From contig OZ024740.1 in the NCBI GenBank assembly GCA_964016885.1, positions 183,086,001-183,150,000 on the forward strand: a stretch of DNA of 64,000 bases, read 5' to 3'. Shown here piece after piece: positions 39,667 through 52,935 of the stretch. The stretch comes from Eledone cirrhosa. Lineage: Eukaryota. Each line of letters begins with the position of its first letter. Position 1 is the first letter of the stretch. Below the pieces are notes generated by a model. The model ran no database searches and was not told where the DNA came from. It worked only from the letters and a program-made list of their open reading frames with translations. The translations under genes and the position numbers were made by a program.

Positions 39667-39904
39667 ATGATATATATATATATTATATATATATATATTA
39701 TTTATATATATATATATTATATATATATATTATATATATATATATATACATTAAATATATATATATATTATATATATATGTAGAAGGTGAGTTTATTGTA
39801 GTACAATAAAGCAATGCAGATATCGGATAAGAAGCACTCTACAGTTTGTAGGACTGGAGTATACATAATATATAAGAACAAAAGATGGTTAAAAGAGTTC
39901 CATG

Positions 39905-39975
39905 TATTTTATTATGCGCATTTCAAAAACAAATATCATCATGCAATAATATTTGTGTTTTCATCAGATAAAATA
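39905..39975 (-). ncRNA. Type-I hammerhead ribozyme (canonical core), family C
   Basis: tattttat-CTGATGA-aaacacaaatat...atatttgttttt-GAAA-tgcgca-TA-ataaaata. Confidence 0.85.
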
Positions 39976-42772
39976 GGAAGACATGATATGAATGTTAAAA
40001 AACACTTGTGGATAGTGCAGTTTTAAATCAACACATGAAAAGTAGTTTTAGATTGATGTGTGATATTGGGAAAAATATTTTTCTTTTAGGAGGGGGGGGG
40101 GGTGGAAAGGATGAAAAAGAGGAAGAGATGAGAGTAAAAAGTGGAGAGGGAGGAGTATAATGAGGATGGATCAGATAGGAGGAGAGATGGGTAATAGAGT
40201 GAGATAGCTTTTCTAACTGAGAGAAATGTATTGTTTTACATAGAGAGGTTGAAAAACCGTTGGAAGATAATGTATAAATTAAAAGAATTTGAAAATTAAC
40301 GAAGAGAAAAATAATGTAAAGTTAAGGTTTGTATATTGAAGGGTTTAATAATATGTGCGATGAAAAGAAAATGTTAATATGTATTAAGAATAATATTTAA
40401 GGGTTTAATAATATGTGCGATGGAAAAGAAAATGTTAATATGTATTAAGAATAATATTTAAGGGTTTAATAATATGCGCGATGGAAAGAAAATGTTATAT
40501 GTATTATTAAAAAGAACAACAAGTAATGTAAGTAAGGATATATTGTGAGATGAGCATGAGTAAGTTAGATGAAAGGGAGAAAAAAATAATGAATTGAGGA
40601 TGAATAATCTCACGTCAAAAATTGTTTATGATTACGAAGGATTTTTGCAAGGTAATATGAAGTAAGAATGTATTGTATTGTGTAATAATTGTTTCTATGT
40701 TAGGCAACAGTGAGAAAAAGTACACATTAGGGGTTAGACATTAAAAGGAAAAGAGAAGAAAGGGAAACTGAAGAAAGGGGAGTGATATAGAATGAGTAAC
40801 AAGTATTATATAATGTATAATAAATAACTTTGAAATAAGGTAGAAAGATGGGTATATTTTTAAAGAAGTATATATATATATGTGCCTTTGAGAAAAAAAA
40901 TTCTAAATTGATAAAGTTTTGGATATTAGCTGTATACTTTGCGGAATGTTTTGTGGAATTTATGCAAGCAGTGAGAAAACAAGTCAGTGCGTCTATTTAT
41001 TATAGAATCTAAATTAGATATAATGGTAAATTTTTCATTTAGACAGAGATTGCAAATCTTGGATAGAGAACTGTTCAAGTATGTAGACGCAGAAGAAACC
41101 TTTTTCCAAAAGATGCTATATTTAATATTTTTGTCTTTCAAGGACCATATGAGTTCTGAGAGAGCCGTGTTGGTTCTTTTAAGTTTGTATTTAAAAGACG
41201 AATGATGGTTATAAAGACGAGCTTTAAAGGGGTGGAAGTGGAGCCAAAATAGGTGAAGGACTTGGTGTCAGTTATAACTTTACATTCGTAAATTAAGTTT
41301 TTATCAAGACAATGGTTGTTGAGAGGACATTTATTTTTAACAGGGCAATTACAATTGCGATTAGAGAGATTATTAACGAGTGACCTAGTGTTATCTATAG
41401 AAGGAATTGGATTTGAGAAGTTATTTGCGATAAGAATAATAGTTTCTTGATTTAGAATGGGATTAAGAACATTTAGCGAAGTTGTGTTTGACGTTGTATT
41501 TGGGTTTGCCGAAATTAGCTTAGGGTTTACAATGACGTCGGGAGTACTATTACTTTATTATGATATTCAGTGTTGGAAGGAAGAGATTTAGTATTTAGTA
41601 TTTTATTGTTGTGTTTAGAGATAATGTTGAAAATGTTGGAGGATGTCCAATAGGAAAATTTTATAGTGTGTTTGTTAAATATTTTACTATAGATATGTGA
41701 GGGAGGGAAGCATTTATTTAATGCACTAAAGAATAATTTAGGAATATTATTATTAACAGAGATGGAGAAAGGAGCATTATACCAGATTATGCTTTTGTAT
41801 CTAGGTCTTTTATTAAAGTTATTGGAATGATCATGATTAATTATTCTACTGTAAGATCTTCTAGAATTTGTTTCTTTACTATATTTGATTTTATCAGGAT
41901 AGCCGGCTTTAGAAAACGCGTTAATATAGTAATTGGCCTTAGCATCAAAGATGTTTTTATTAGAAGATAGGTTAGATATTCTTTTTCCAATATTACTAAC
42001 TATAGCATTCTTGATATTAGTAGGATGGTTAGATTTAAAATTAACATAATTTAGGTTCTCATTGTTTTTATGGTAAGGGTAATATAGGCCAGTGTCAAGA
42101 TTAAGAGATACATACAAGAAATTAGCTAGTTTGATGCTGTTATCAAATTCAATTTTTAGGTTATGTTGGTTAAAGAGATTACGTATATTGTTCTTAATAA
42201 TATTAAGGTTAACTATGTTGCAATTTAAGATAGTAAAGAGTCCATCGTCACGATAAATTCCACCGCGAAGTTGAGGAATTTTCCGACTCAAAGAGTTCAA
42301 AATAAAGATACCAATTAAATCTGTCAATTGGGATGAATCGGATGCTCCCATTGTGATGTCGAAGTTATTAGAGGTATCGGCTCTGGTCCAATATTCATTC
42401 TTTTCATCGCACATATTATTAAACCCTTCAATATACAAACCTTAACTTTACATTATTTTTCTCTTCGTTAATTTTCAAATTCTTTGAATTTATACATTAT
42501 CATCCAACCTCTCTATGTAAAACAATATATTTCTCTCAGTTATAAAAGCTATCTCTCTCTCTCTATCACCCATCTCTCCTCCTATCTCATCCTTCCTCAT
42601 TATACTCCTCCCTCTCCGCTTTTTACTCTCATCTCCTCCTCTTTTTCACCCCCCCCCTCAAAAAATTAAATATTTTTCCCAATATCACACATCAATCTAA
42701 AACTACTTTTCATATGTTGATTTAAAACTGCACTATCCACAAGTGTTTTTTAAACTTCATATCATGTCTTCC

Positions 42773-42843
42773 TATTTTATCTGATGAAAACACAAATATT
42801 ATTGCATGATGATATTTGTTTTTGAAATGCGCATAATAAAATA
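42773..42843 (+). ncRNA. Type-I hammerhead ribozyme, second copy in family C inverted pLTR
   Basis: Same motif as 39905-39975, on the opposite strand. Confidence 0.85.
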
Positions 42844-42871
42844 CATGGAACTCTTTTAATCATCTTTTGTT

Positions 42872-42914
<43 letters not shown>

Positions 42915-43022
42915 TATATCTCATATATATATATATATCATATATACCATATATATATAACATATATATATCATATATATATCATATATATATATATATT
43001 ATATATAATATATATATATTAT

Positions 43023-43056
<34 letters not shown>

Positions 43057-43278
43057 GTAATAACAATAAATTTGAAGACTAAAATTTGAAGACTTAAACT
43101 TTAATCTGTTATTTTAATAAATATATATTTATATATATATATATATATTATATAGATATATATATTATATATATATATATACATTATATATATATGTATA
43201 TATTATATATATATATGTGATATATATATATATTATATATATATATTATATATATATATTATATATATATATTATATA

Positions 43279-43333
<55 letters not shown>

Positions 43334-43416
43334 TATATATATTATATATATCATATATATTATATATATCATATATATTATATATATCATATATATATAT
43401 ATTATATATATATATC

Positions 43417-43453
<37 letters not shown>

Positions 43454-43456
43454 ATA

Positions 43457-43740
43457 CATTTTATTATATATATTTCGAAGGTACTGTGCTATTTTTTCAG
43501 TACGTCCTCGTCAAGTAAAATACATGAATTGATGTATGACATACTTAAACTGTCTTGATGGTTCAATTCCAGTATTGGAAATTACTGGAATTGAACCATT
43601 CCAGTAATTTCCAATACTGAAATTGAACCATCAGGATCGTAAGGTATGTCATACATCAATTCATGTATTTTATCTGACGAGGACGTACTGAAAAAACCAA
43701 AGAGTACCTTCGTAATATATATAATAAAACATATATTTTG
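43457..43740. mobile_element. Fold-back remnant of a family-A-like pLTR with two mutated hammerheads
   Basis: Inverted arms around about 43597. The minus arm core reads TTGACGA; the plus arm has GTAA in place of GAAA. Confidence 0.75.
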
Positions 43741-43823
43741 ATTATTTTATCAATATTTTGAATAATATATATATTATATATATATATTATATATAATATA
43801 TATATATATATATATCTATATAG

Positions 43824-43877
<54 letters not shown>

Positions 43878-43879
<2 letters not shown>

Positions 43880-44946
43880 TCATTATCATCAACGTTTAAC
43901 GTCCGTGTTCCAAGCTTGCATGGGTTTGGACGGGGGTTTTCCCACTTGAGGCAAGAGTGATTGTCTTGCTCGCATAGGACTATCTGGCGGGTTTTCTACA
44001 GCTGGATGCCCTTCCTAACACCAACCACATTTACAGTGTGGGTCTGGGAGGTTTTTACCGTGTTGCCTACACGGTCACATTACAGCGTGGACTGTCTGGC
44101 GGGTTTTCTACAGCTGGATGCCCTTCCTAACACCAACCACATTTACAGTGTGGGTCTGGGAGCTTTTTACCGTTTTGCCTACACGGCCACATTACAGCGT
44201 GGACTGTCTGGCGGGTTTTCTACAGCTGGATGCCCTTCCTAACACCAACCACATTTACAGTGTGGGGATGGGAGGTTTTTACCGTGTTGCCTACACGGCC
44301 ACATTACAGCGTGGACTGTGTTTTTTTTGTCGTGACACCTACACGATCTCATTTGTTTCGGCCTGGATGGTGTGGCACCAACATAACTTTACATAGAATG
44401 GGGCGGTGTGGATGGGGTGGGGGTGGTGGGACGGGGGTGTATTTTGTTAGAGATGCCTACTGACTGTAGTAGGTTTTACTATGTATTTAGGTAAGGCGGG
44501 TCTTCTCTATTACTTAGTACCGCCAAAGGTCTCGGTCCAGTGACATTGTCTTGGAGAGGTGTAAGTGTGTGAGGTCGGAATTTATCAGCTCGTCCCAGGT
44601 TTTTCTGGGTCTGCCTATTCCGTGGCTACTGTCTATCTTTATTGCCCTGCACTTTGTTATACAGCTATCATCTTTCATGCGCATCACGTGTCCCTACCAA
44701 CGTAGCCTTCTCTCGAGTAAACAACATCTGATCCCTCTTATTTCTATTTTTTCCTTAGCTCGTTTATGCTTTGCCGTTCACGTATATTACTATTACACAT
44801 CCAGCGGAGCATGCAAGCTTCGTTGCTCTCTAGTCTGCGTATATCCTCTGCACACAATGCCCAGGTCTCACTGCCATGCAACATTGCTGTTCGTATGCAG
44901 GCATCATACAACCTGCCTTTCATTTTTAGGGAGAACCCTTTAGCGG

Positions 44947-44948
<2 letters not shown>
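43878..44948 (-). mobile_element. RTE LINE 3' fragment with three 112-bp tandem repeats in the 3' UTR
   Basis: Homologous to 13750-14200. Repeat units start at 43977, 44089 and 44201. Confidence 0.85.
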
Positions 44949-45028
<80 letters not shown>

Positions 45029-45082
45029 ATATATATATATATATAAGTAAGAATATTTTCGAAACAGCGAGTGGGTTTGCAA

Positions 45083-45306
45083 TTATTAGAAGTGTAAGCT
45101 ATCGCCGTATTTTGACTAAAGAAATTAAAGAAATTATTTAGCCTGATAGTGGGGTTAAGAACCCTCGGAGAAATGGAAAAAGATGATTATTGACGTCAAT
45201 ACTCATCTATTTCCATTTCTCCGAGGGTTCTTAACCCCACTATCAGGCTAAATAATTTCTTTAATTTCTTTAGTCAAAATACGGCGATAGCTTACACTTA
45301 TAATAA
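45083..45306. repeat. About 220-bp near-perfect palindrome (centre tgac|gtca) between TA tracts
   Basis: The arms are reverse complements with only a few mismatches and no spacer. Confidence 0.95.
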
Positions 45307-45307
45307 T

Positions 45308-45371
<64 letters not shown>

Positions 45372-45627
45372 TATAATATATTATATATAATATATATATA
45401 TCATATATATTATATATATATATTATATATATATTATATATAATATATATTTTATATAATATATATATATTATATAAAATATATATATATTATATATAAT
45501 ATATATATATTATATAAAATATATATATATTATATATTATATATATTATATGCATATATATATTATTTATTTCGTTTCTGAATTTGTTTAGCAAGATTCT
45601 TTATCTGAAAACGTGTGTTGAAACCGA

Positions 45628-46265
45628 TATTGTTATGCTTTGGGAGGGTCATGTTGCCAATAAGAAACACACGCACCAAATGCTTTCACTCCTATTTATT
45701 AAAAAATTAAATTTATAAATTTAAGAATTTATAAATTTCTGGTTGGTTGGTTGGTTCCACAACCGGACTCATTGTTTAAACAAATCACAGAGGCAATAAG
45801 CATAAATGAACTCCAACCAAAATTAAATAGAAAACATAAATGGAATAGCAACATCACAACCTACAATTAAGGACAAAATGAAAATACACACACACATAGA
45901 ACAAACAACCAACTAGTAACATGTAAATAAACAAATACATAAACAAATATAAACACACACAGACACCCGGATGTAACACATGCGCAAACTAAGCACACAA
46001 CACACAAAAACAAGCTGGCGTAGGACAGAACAAAGGAGAGGCACAAAAACAAAGAAAAGAATCCCCAGTCACTGAAGAGATCACAGAATGTGTGACGAAA
46101 GAACTTTGACAATATATGAACAATCGACCGGTTGTGCAACCAACTAACAAACCGGAAATTTATAAATTCTTAAATTTATAAATTTAGTTCATAATAAATT
46201 GGAGTGAAAGCAACTGGTGCGTGTGTTTTTTATTGGCAACATGACCCTCCCAAAGCATAACAATA
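45628..46265. mobile_element. MITE-like element with ~140-bp inverted termini; shorter relative at 60370-60655
   Basis: tattgttatgctttgggagggtcatgttgccaata...ccacaaccgg is inverted at 46127-46265. The same termini surround a different, shorter core at 60370-60655. Confidence 0.65.
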
Positions 46266-46309
46266 TATTATATATAATATATATATATATATTATATATA
46301 ATATATACG

Positions 46310-48820
46310 GGATAACAAATTATTGTTATAGGTAGTCTACTTAGATGTAGTCCTGTTAGGGTACTCCAAGTAGTGGATAGTATCAACGCTTGGCTAAGTT
46401 TGACTCAACAAGGCATTTCCATAGTGATGCTGCGAGTACACGGTGATTTCTATGTATTCTACACTTGGAGTAATGATAAATCAAGAAAGAAGAGTGACAC
46501 GGTTTGCTATACAATAAGGGCTTTAATCACATTGCTGACAATTGTTTCTCTGAACTGGTAGGTCTAGAGATCGCTACCCGCCTGTTTCTGCGTCAACCGA
46601 TCACCAATACATAGTTATAACCAGTCAATTCAACAGAGCTTGCGAGAATGAAGGGAATACACAGGCATGGCTTCTATATATAGTAGTGGCATTAAATCAG
46701 AACAATAATAACAATACTAACAATGCTAGCAATAAATTAGTTGAAATAATCACAACATCAATCTAAGTAAGACATAGTGTATACTTTTGACTTTAGCATG
46801 TAAAACGCACTGATATAAGGCAGATGTATGAAATTGACATGTAAAAGCTGTCATGGGGTGTATTATATATAGTGTAGAGATAAACCGGGGCTTGAAACAA
46901 TGTACCATTTCTTTTACTATAGGTTTGCTGACCGTAAGAATCATTTATTATCTGACAGATAAAATATTTACATTGTAGTGAGGATAGTAATTTGTATGTG
47001 GTGTAAAGCGGATTCATTATTTAAGTGGTCTATATTAGATGAAGGGGTTGTTAGTTCGAATCATGGGGTTGTTTAGCTTTCACATCAACAATAACATGCC
47101 TGTATAAGATAACACCAACCGAGTAGCAATATAATAGGTAAGTTAATACAGAGGTTAAGGAAGCAATATATATATATAGAGAAAACATGCTGACTACAAT
47201 TATAACAACAGGAGGAAGGTGATGTTTTACGTACTCTGGTAGTAGTCTAATAATGTACTTGGATTTAGGTTCATCTGTTAAGAATCGAGGGTGAGGAAGT
47301 TGTGTTGACAGCAGCTGAGAAGAGATATATTTAAGGGTTGATAAGATATTTGCAGACATTACTGTGGTATAGAATTAAGGAGGCTAGAAGCTGCTTAAAA
47401 ATATTATAGTTCTGTGGTGGTATTTGTGAGAGTGTGGATTTCATATGTTGAATGCTAAGTTATGTTGGTTCGATTCACGTTGGCTTAAATCTTGTGAATT
47501 TAGTAGCGATCCTGTGCCTGCAGAAAATTGACCTTTCTATCTTGTTGTTGAGTAGCGTTTTTTCGTTCCTAAGGATATACAGTAATTCAAGGACGCAGAA
47601 CCTACAATAGGACATACCGGTATTATATGTCCTTGCGGCTGACAATCTCGACCAGTTGATATTGTAGTTGATGGTATTGTCCTTAAGTTCCCAGACTTTT
47701 TTGGCGAGGCTTGTAGAACCTATTAGTGCACGGTTCTTCATCGAATGTCTGTGCACATACCATCTTTTTTTAAAAGTACCCGCGCTGGATCCAATGTAAT
47801 GCCAAGTGGAGTTGAACGAGTTCACCGTACACATGTACACTAGGCTCGAATCAAGGTATCTGTTCGCCAATGGGCACCTATCTGGTAGGTGAAAATTGCA
47901 GTTTGAGGTGTTATTCCGTGCAGCTTCTACACTGCTGTTTTGTACACTGCTATAAGTGGGTTGTGATTCGTGCCCATTGAGGTTTTGCTGCTGTGTGCTT
48001 GTATGCGTTTGCGGTTGTGATACTGTGATGTGTTTATGTTTAGAATTTGGTGCTATGTTGCGTATAGGTGGGGCGGTTTCCCTAGAGGTATTTCTGTGGT
48101 TGATCTTGTGTATGTGGGATTCTATATTTGCAGCCGTAGAGTATGACAGTTTTATAGTTTTTCTATTGATGATTTTATGATATCTATGTGATATAGGGAA
48201 GTGTTTATCTATTACTTTAAAGAACGTAGAAGGCAGTCTTGTTTTTACAGAGAAGTTGAAGATTGGATTGAACCACAGGTATTTTCTTTCTCTAATTCTT
48301 CTATAGTTTCCAGGGTTTACATTATTGGTGTTTGGACCACTTACTCTAGGTGCTACGTGCCTAACTCTATGTCTAGTCCTGTTACCTCTAATTTTGTGTG
48401 AGCGGTTGGTGTCAGTGTTAGTAGGTTTGTTTGAGTTGTCCCCATCCGTTATAAACTCCAGCTTTTCTTTGTGTCCGGCCCTATGTAATGCCGCGTTATA
48501 ATAGTTAGCATGTTCATTAAAAATTTCTAGGTTTGAGGATAAGCGAGCTATTCTAAGGGATATACTACGTGTTATGGATCTGATTATGGATCTGGGGTGG
48601 TTTGAATTATAGCTAATGTAGGCCAGATTCTCATTATTTTTGTGGAATGGTTCTATTAATCTCGTATTTAGATTTAGAGTCACATCTAGAAAGTTTGAAT
48701 TTTTATGATTCAGTACGTAGGTAATACTTAGGCCTAGTGTTTTGCAGCTTCTAGCCTCCTTAATTCTATACCACAGTAATATCTGCAAATATCTTATCAA
48801 CCCATAAATATATCTCTTGA
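46310..48820 (-). mobile_element. Penelope-like element family D: RT C-terminus + GIY-YIG, 3' UTR, short 5' inversion
   Basis: ORF 47475-48800 has NFLDVTLNL, SNHP, LWFNPIF, CNFHLPDRCPL, LVY..YIGSS..FKKRWYVH, CRFCVLE and FCRHR. 48745-48820 is the reverse complement of 47320-47395. Confidence 0.9.
46530..46650 (-). ncRNA. Degenerate hammerhead motif with long stem II, family D
   Basis: gct-CTGTTGA-attgactggt...accagttcaga-GAAA-caattg-TC-agc. The A6>U change in the core suggests it is inactive. Confidence 0.4.
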
Positions 48821-48829
48821 CTACATCTT

Positions 48830-50140
48830 ATACACCTTTAAAATGATCCTGTCATTTACTGATGTTTTCTTAAAAAAAAAAAATATATTTATTTTTTAAA
48901 TGATCTTTTTTAAATTTAGTATTTTTACCAATTGATATTCTTTTCCTAACGATACTCTTCGTAATAAATTTTTAGATTTATATATTTTTTAGATTTATAT
49001 ATATATTTTTTAGATTGATACTTTTTAATTGACATTCTGAAAGATATCCTCTTTACGATAGTTCTTCTAAATGCATTCTTGACTTATCTAATAATACATT
49101 TTTCCTCTCTTTAATCTTCAAACTTTTCACACATCTTTCGACGTAGATAATATATAATCGAAATTCTCATCCTTGAAAAACATGTAATATAAAACACCTT
49201 ATAATCTCACACAAAATAATATATAATTTTCTCTACATACTTTCATAGAAAATCATTCATCAAATTTAATGGTTAGCAAATAATATTGGAGTTATCTTTT
49301 CCTTTACAATTCAACAAACATTGACATAACTTGTATGATAAATTATATAATTTCGCTAAATAAATAATGTTCTGAAAATATTTTCAATGTTGGATGAAAA
49401 TATTTGAATCTACAAATTGCTCTTCTCTTACAATTTGAACTACGTCTTTTTTCTTAAATATTTATGTAAAATATAAAATCAACATCCTTCGTAACTCATA
49501 TTAGAAAGGTAAACAATTAATACTTGTGTTTTATTTCTATAAAATCAACAATAATACTTATACTTGCACATATATTACACTATATAGATATTTATATACT
49601 TACAACCTGTTGCAATATAATAAGATAAAATGTACTTACAACCATAATTCTTCATATAATCTAATTGATTATATATATAATAATATAACTCATAATATAG
49701 CTAAATATTTTTTTAAATTCTGGAATCATATTCCAACGTTCATACAAACTGTTAGTTCTTTTTAAATTCACGTAAATACAAGCTTTCTTTCTTTCTCTTT
49801 CTTCTTCCTACACATACATATATATACCATAATAATGATTTAAATCTACATAGTGCCTAGAAATAACGTTTTTTTTCAGCCCTATACCTCAACCTCATTT
49901 GCATATTCATCTTAATAATTTGAAATATTTGACTTTTCCTCTCTTTCCTCTATTTCCTTTTACTATCCAGGAAAAACTTGAACCGTGAAGATGTCCTTCC
50001 TGGATATGTCAATATTTATAAAACAAACTTTGTATTTTATCTGATGAGAGATTACCAAAGTTTTGGTACCCTTGAAATATATATAATAGAATAAATATGA
50101 TTTTATAAATATAGTTTCCATTTATTAATATCATTGATAT
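48830..50140 (+). mobile_element. Non-coding PLE 3' UTR/pLTR (family E, distantly like family A)
   Basis: AT-rich UTR ending in a hammerhead whose context (gatatgtca...tattttatctga) resembles family A, followed by a TA tract. Confidence 0.6.
50033..50093 (+). ncRNA. Type-I hammerhead ribozyme (canonical core)
   Basis: tattttat-CTGATGA-gagattaccaaag-ttttggtaccctt-GAAA-tatata-TA-atagaata. Confidence 0.75.
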
Positions 50141-50171
50141 TATATATATTATATATTATATTATATATATA

Positions 50172-50280
<109 letters not shown>

Positions 50281-50584
50281 TAAAAGGAAAAGAAAATGCT
50301 GATAAATTGTTCCCAGTGAAAAATAGTTTAATCAGGAATAAGTAAAAATTAGTAGTAAGTATTGGTTAGTATTCAGTTTTAGTTTTAAGTTTTTACCGGT
50401 TGCGCATTTCTAATGCTTTTCAAAAATAATTTTTAGTTAGAGCGCCCGTACTATATATATATATATATCCGTAGTGGCAGTGCACTCAGTTCATGGGACA
50501 AGTTAGGTAGAGGTGGTTACACACCGCTAACGTGAAACAATTGTTTCTCGGTATGGTCAACTAACTGTTGTGTAACCACTTCTG

Positions 50585-50641
<57 letters not shown>

Positions 50642-50669
50642 TTATATATATTTATATTATATATATATA

Positions 50670-50925
50670 GCGCAGCGCAACCTATGTCGGACAGACTGGA
50701 CGTCGCCTGGCGGACCGTTTCCCTGAACACCTCCGAGATATTCGTCTCGGCGGGAGTTCCCCCATTGCCCGCCACTTTGGCTCCCCTGGACATTCCGCCC
50801 ACCACCTCACAGTCTGTGGCCTGCTCCAATGCCACGGAACACCCGCCTCACGGTCGAACAACGCACCATCTTCACCCTACAGACCCACACACACTCCGGC
50901 CTGAACTCCACACACCTATTCCTTT
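50670..50925 (+). mobile_element. Neptune-like PLE GIY-YIG endonuclease fragment
   Basis: My translation (not in the ORF track) is ATYVGQTGRRLADRFPEHLRDIRLGGSSPIARHFGSPGHSAHHLTVCGL, then after frameshifts EQRTIFTLQT..GLN. Confidence 0.75.
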
Positions 50926-51039
50926 AGTCTTCGACCCCCCCCCACCCACGCACACACACATATCCCCCACTAACGCACTCCTCCTTTTCACCGCCCACCC
51001 TACAACTAACATTACTAACATAGAGATACTATAAAATCT

Positions 51040-52185
51040 TCAATAGAAACTGTGTCAAATCAGCTACTCCTGCGGTTTCCCTATTAAATATTATATCCGC
51101 AATAAGAAAATACCCAGAGAACATCAAAATTGCTCCTCTAGAGTCAAAAGTGAATGCCCATTACAAGGTAAATGCAACACCAAAGCCATTGTATATGCGG
51201 TTAAAGTGACAACCACCACCAACAACCTACCAGCCACCAGCGAACGATATGTGGGTATGACACAAGACAAATTCAAAACGCGTTATTACTCACATGTCGC
51301 ATCTTTCCGACATTCTGAAAACAGATTTACAACAGCTCTGGCTAGCAGAATATGGGATTTGAAAGACCAAGGTATCCAATATAAATTAGATTGGTCAATT
51401 TTGAACCAATCTAAAGAATATGCAAGAGGTACAAGAAGATGCGCACTCTGCATAAGTGAAAAATATTGGATTTTACAGAACCTTAAATCACCAAAAACCT
51501 GCCTAAATGCAAAAACAGAAATTTCCACCAGTTGCCCACACATGAAATCACACTTGCTTTCCAGCTCATATAAACTTAACTCACTTTCAGATACTTATCC
51601 TCTATAAACTCTTGTTCTTCACTTTCCTTAACTTACCTTCTTTACAGACTTCTCTTTCTGATTTACTTTTAACTTTATTTTTACTTCACATCCACTAGTG
51701 AGCCCCACCCTGTTTTTTTGATTCACTTACTTTATATCTTCACAATTTTACATATTTTACTTCTCTCTTTTCTTTCACTACCTGATATCACTTGTCACTT
51801 GCGTTTTCAAATCCAGTTATATTCTGTTGTCCCTCAGACGCTTTTATGTATATTTACTTGCGTATAATTTGTTCCCATTTATTCATACGGCTGATATTTA
51901 TATATGTATGTAAGCGTGCAAGTGTGCATATATGTGTATACGTGTTTGTATATGTATACGAATGCATTCGTATGTGCGCGTGTATGTGTATATGTGTGTG
52001 TGTATGTGTGCTGTTACATCTATGTTTTTTACATATAAAAATAAAAAAAATAAATAAATAAATATATATATATATGGTTGCGTGCGTGCGTGTGACTAGA
52101 TGTACATGTTGTATATATATGTGTATCGTGTGTATGAATGCGTGCTTTTGTATGTATGTACGCATGTATGTGTTTTTGTCTGTAC

Positions 52186-52230
<45 letters not shown>

Positions 52231-52935
52231 CGTACGAACTTATGTATGTTTTCTACTTTTTATTTATTTTTTCTGGTGTTACTTTATAATTGATAACCCC
52301 TTCCTCTTACTTTCTCTTTGACTTAATTTTTTATTCTTATATATTATTTCATTTTCATATTTTATATTTTTATATCTTTATCGACCTTCAGTCTGACACT
52401 GCTTTGACTGATACACTCCCTTCCCTGTATATATCACATACATGTATGTGGTTGCAGGTGTGTGTATGTTTATACGCGTGCGTCCTTTCATCCTTGTATG
52501 TGTATATATTTCAATCCTTAGTCCCTGTGTCTGTAAGTACGCTAACTCTATTATCTTACAATTTCTTTTTTCAACATATATTATATACGTATTTGTGGTC
52601 ACACATACACTGATATGCTTGCCCTCATGTATGTACTTATGCACACATTTTTTCACTATACACATGCATTTGTACATACACACATATGTATATTTGTAGG
52701 TGCATATACACACATTTATACACATACCCTTACTATATATCCTTATTTTATATTTATATATCTCTTGCCTTACTTTTATTTATATATAATTTTTTTTGCC
52801 CGTTAAACTTTTGCCTTTCTTGAGGAGATTTTTCAAATATTTCACTATTTTAAATTGCCTTGTCTGACGAACGAATGAGGACGTTTCTTGTATTCGTCTT
52901 ATTCGGGAAACCTCTGGTAATGAGGTAATTATATT
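51040..52935 (+). mobile_element. Penelope-like element family G: GIY-YIG fragment plus 3' UTR with hammerhead
   Basis: SECPLQGKC..AIVY..YVGMTQDKFKTRYYSH..LASRIWDLK..CALCISEK..LNAKTE..CPH. Confidence 0.85.
52853..52930 (+). ncRNA. Type-I hammerhead ribozyme, family G
   Basis: aattgccttgt-CTGACGA-acgaatgaggacg...cgtcttattcgg-GAAA-cctctgg-TA-atgaggtaatt, with an 11-bp stem I. Confidence 0.8.

Larger units (their letters stand above)
39780..42875 (-). mobile_element. Penelope-like element family C: 5'-truncated RT + GIY-YIG, pLTR, and 5' inverted pLTR (42397-42875)
   Basis: RT: NFDITMGASDSSQLTDLIG, GGIYRDDGL, NFLYVSL, SNHP, IWYNAPF. EN: CNCPVKNKCPL..LIY..YFG, CNLCLNEK. 42397-42875 is the reverse complement of about 39870-40370. 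Three ~61-bp tandem repeats at 40339-40500. Confidence 0.9.

Noticed and set aside
43977-44320. Regularly spaced repeats (also 40339-40500 and 22225-22465) as a CRISPR-like array
   Set aside because: They are whole-unit tandem duplications with no unique spacers, inside eukaryotic retroelements.
50508-50585. Hairpin containing gaaacaattgtttc
   Set aside because: No CUGANGA-like core on either strand; only an imperfect inverted repeat.
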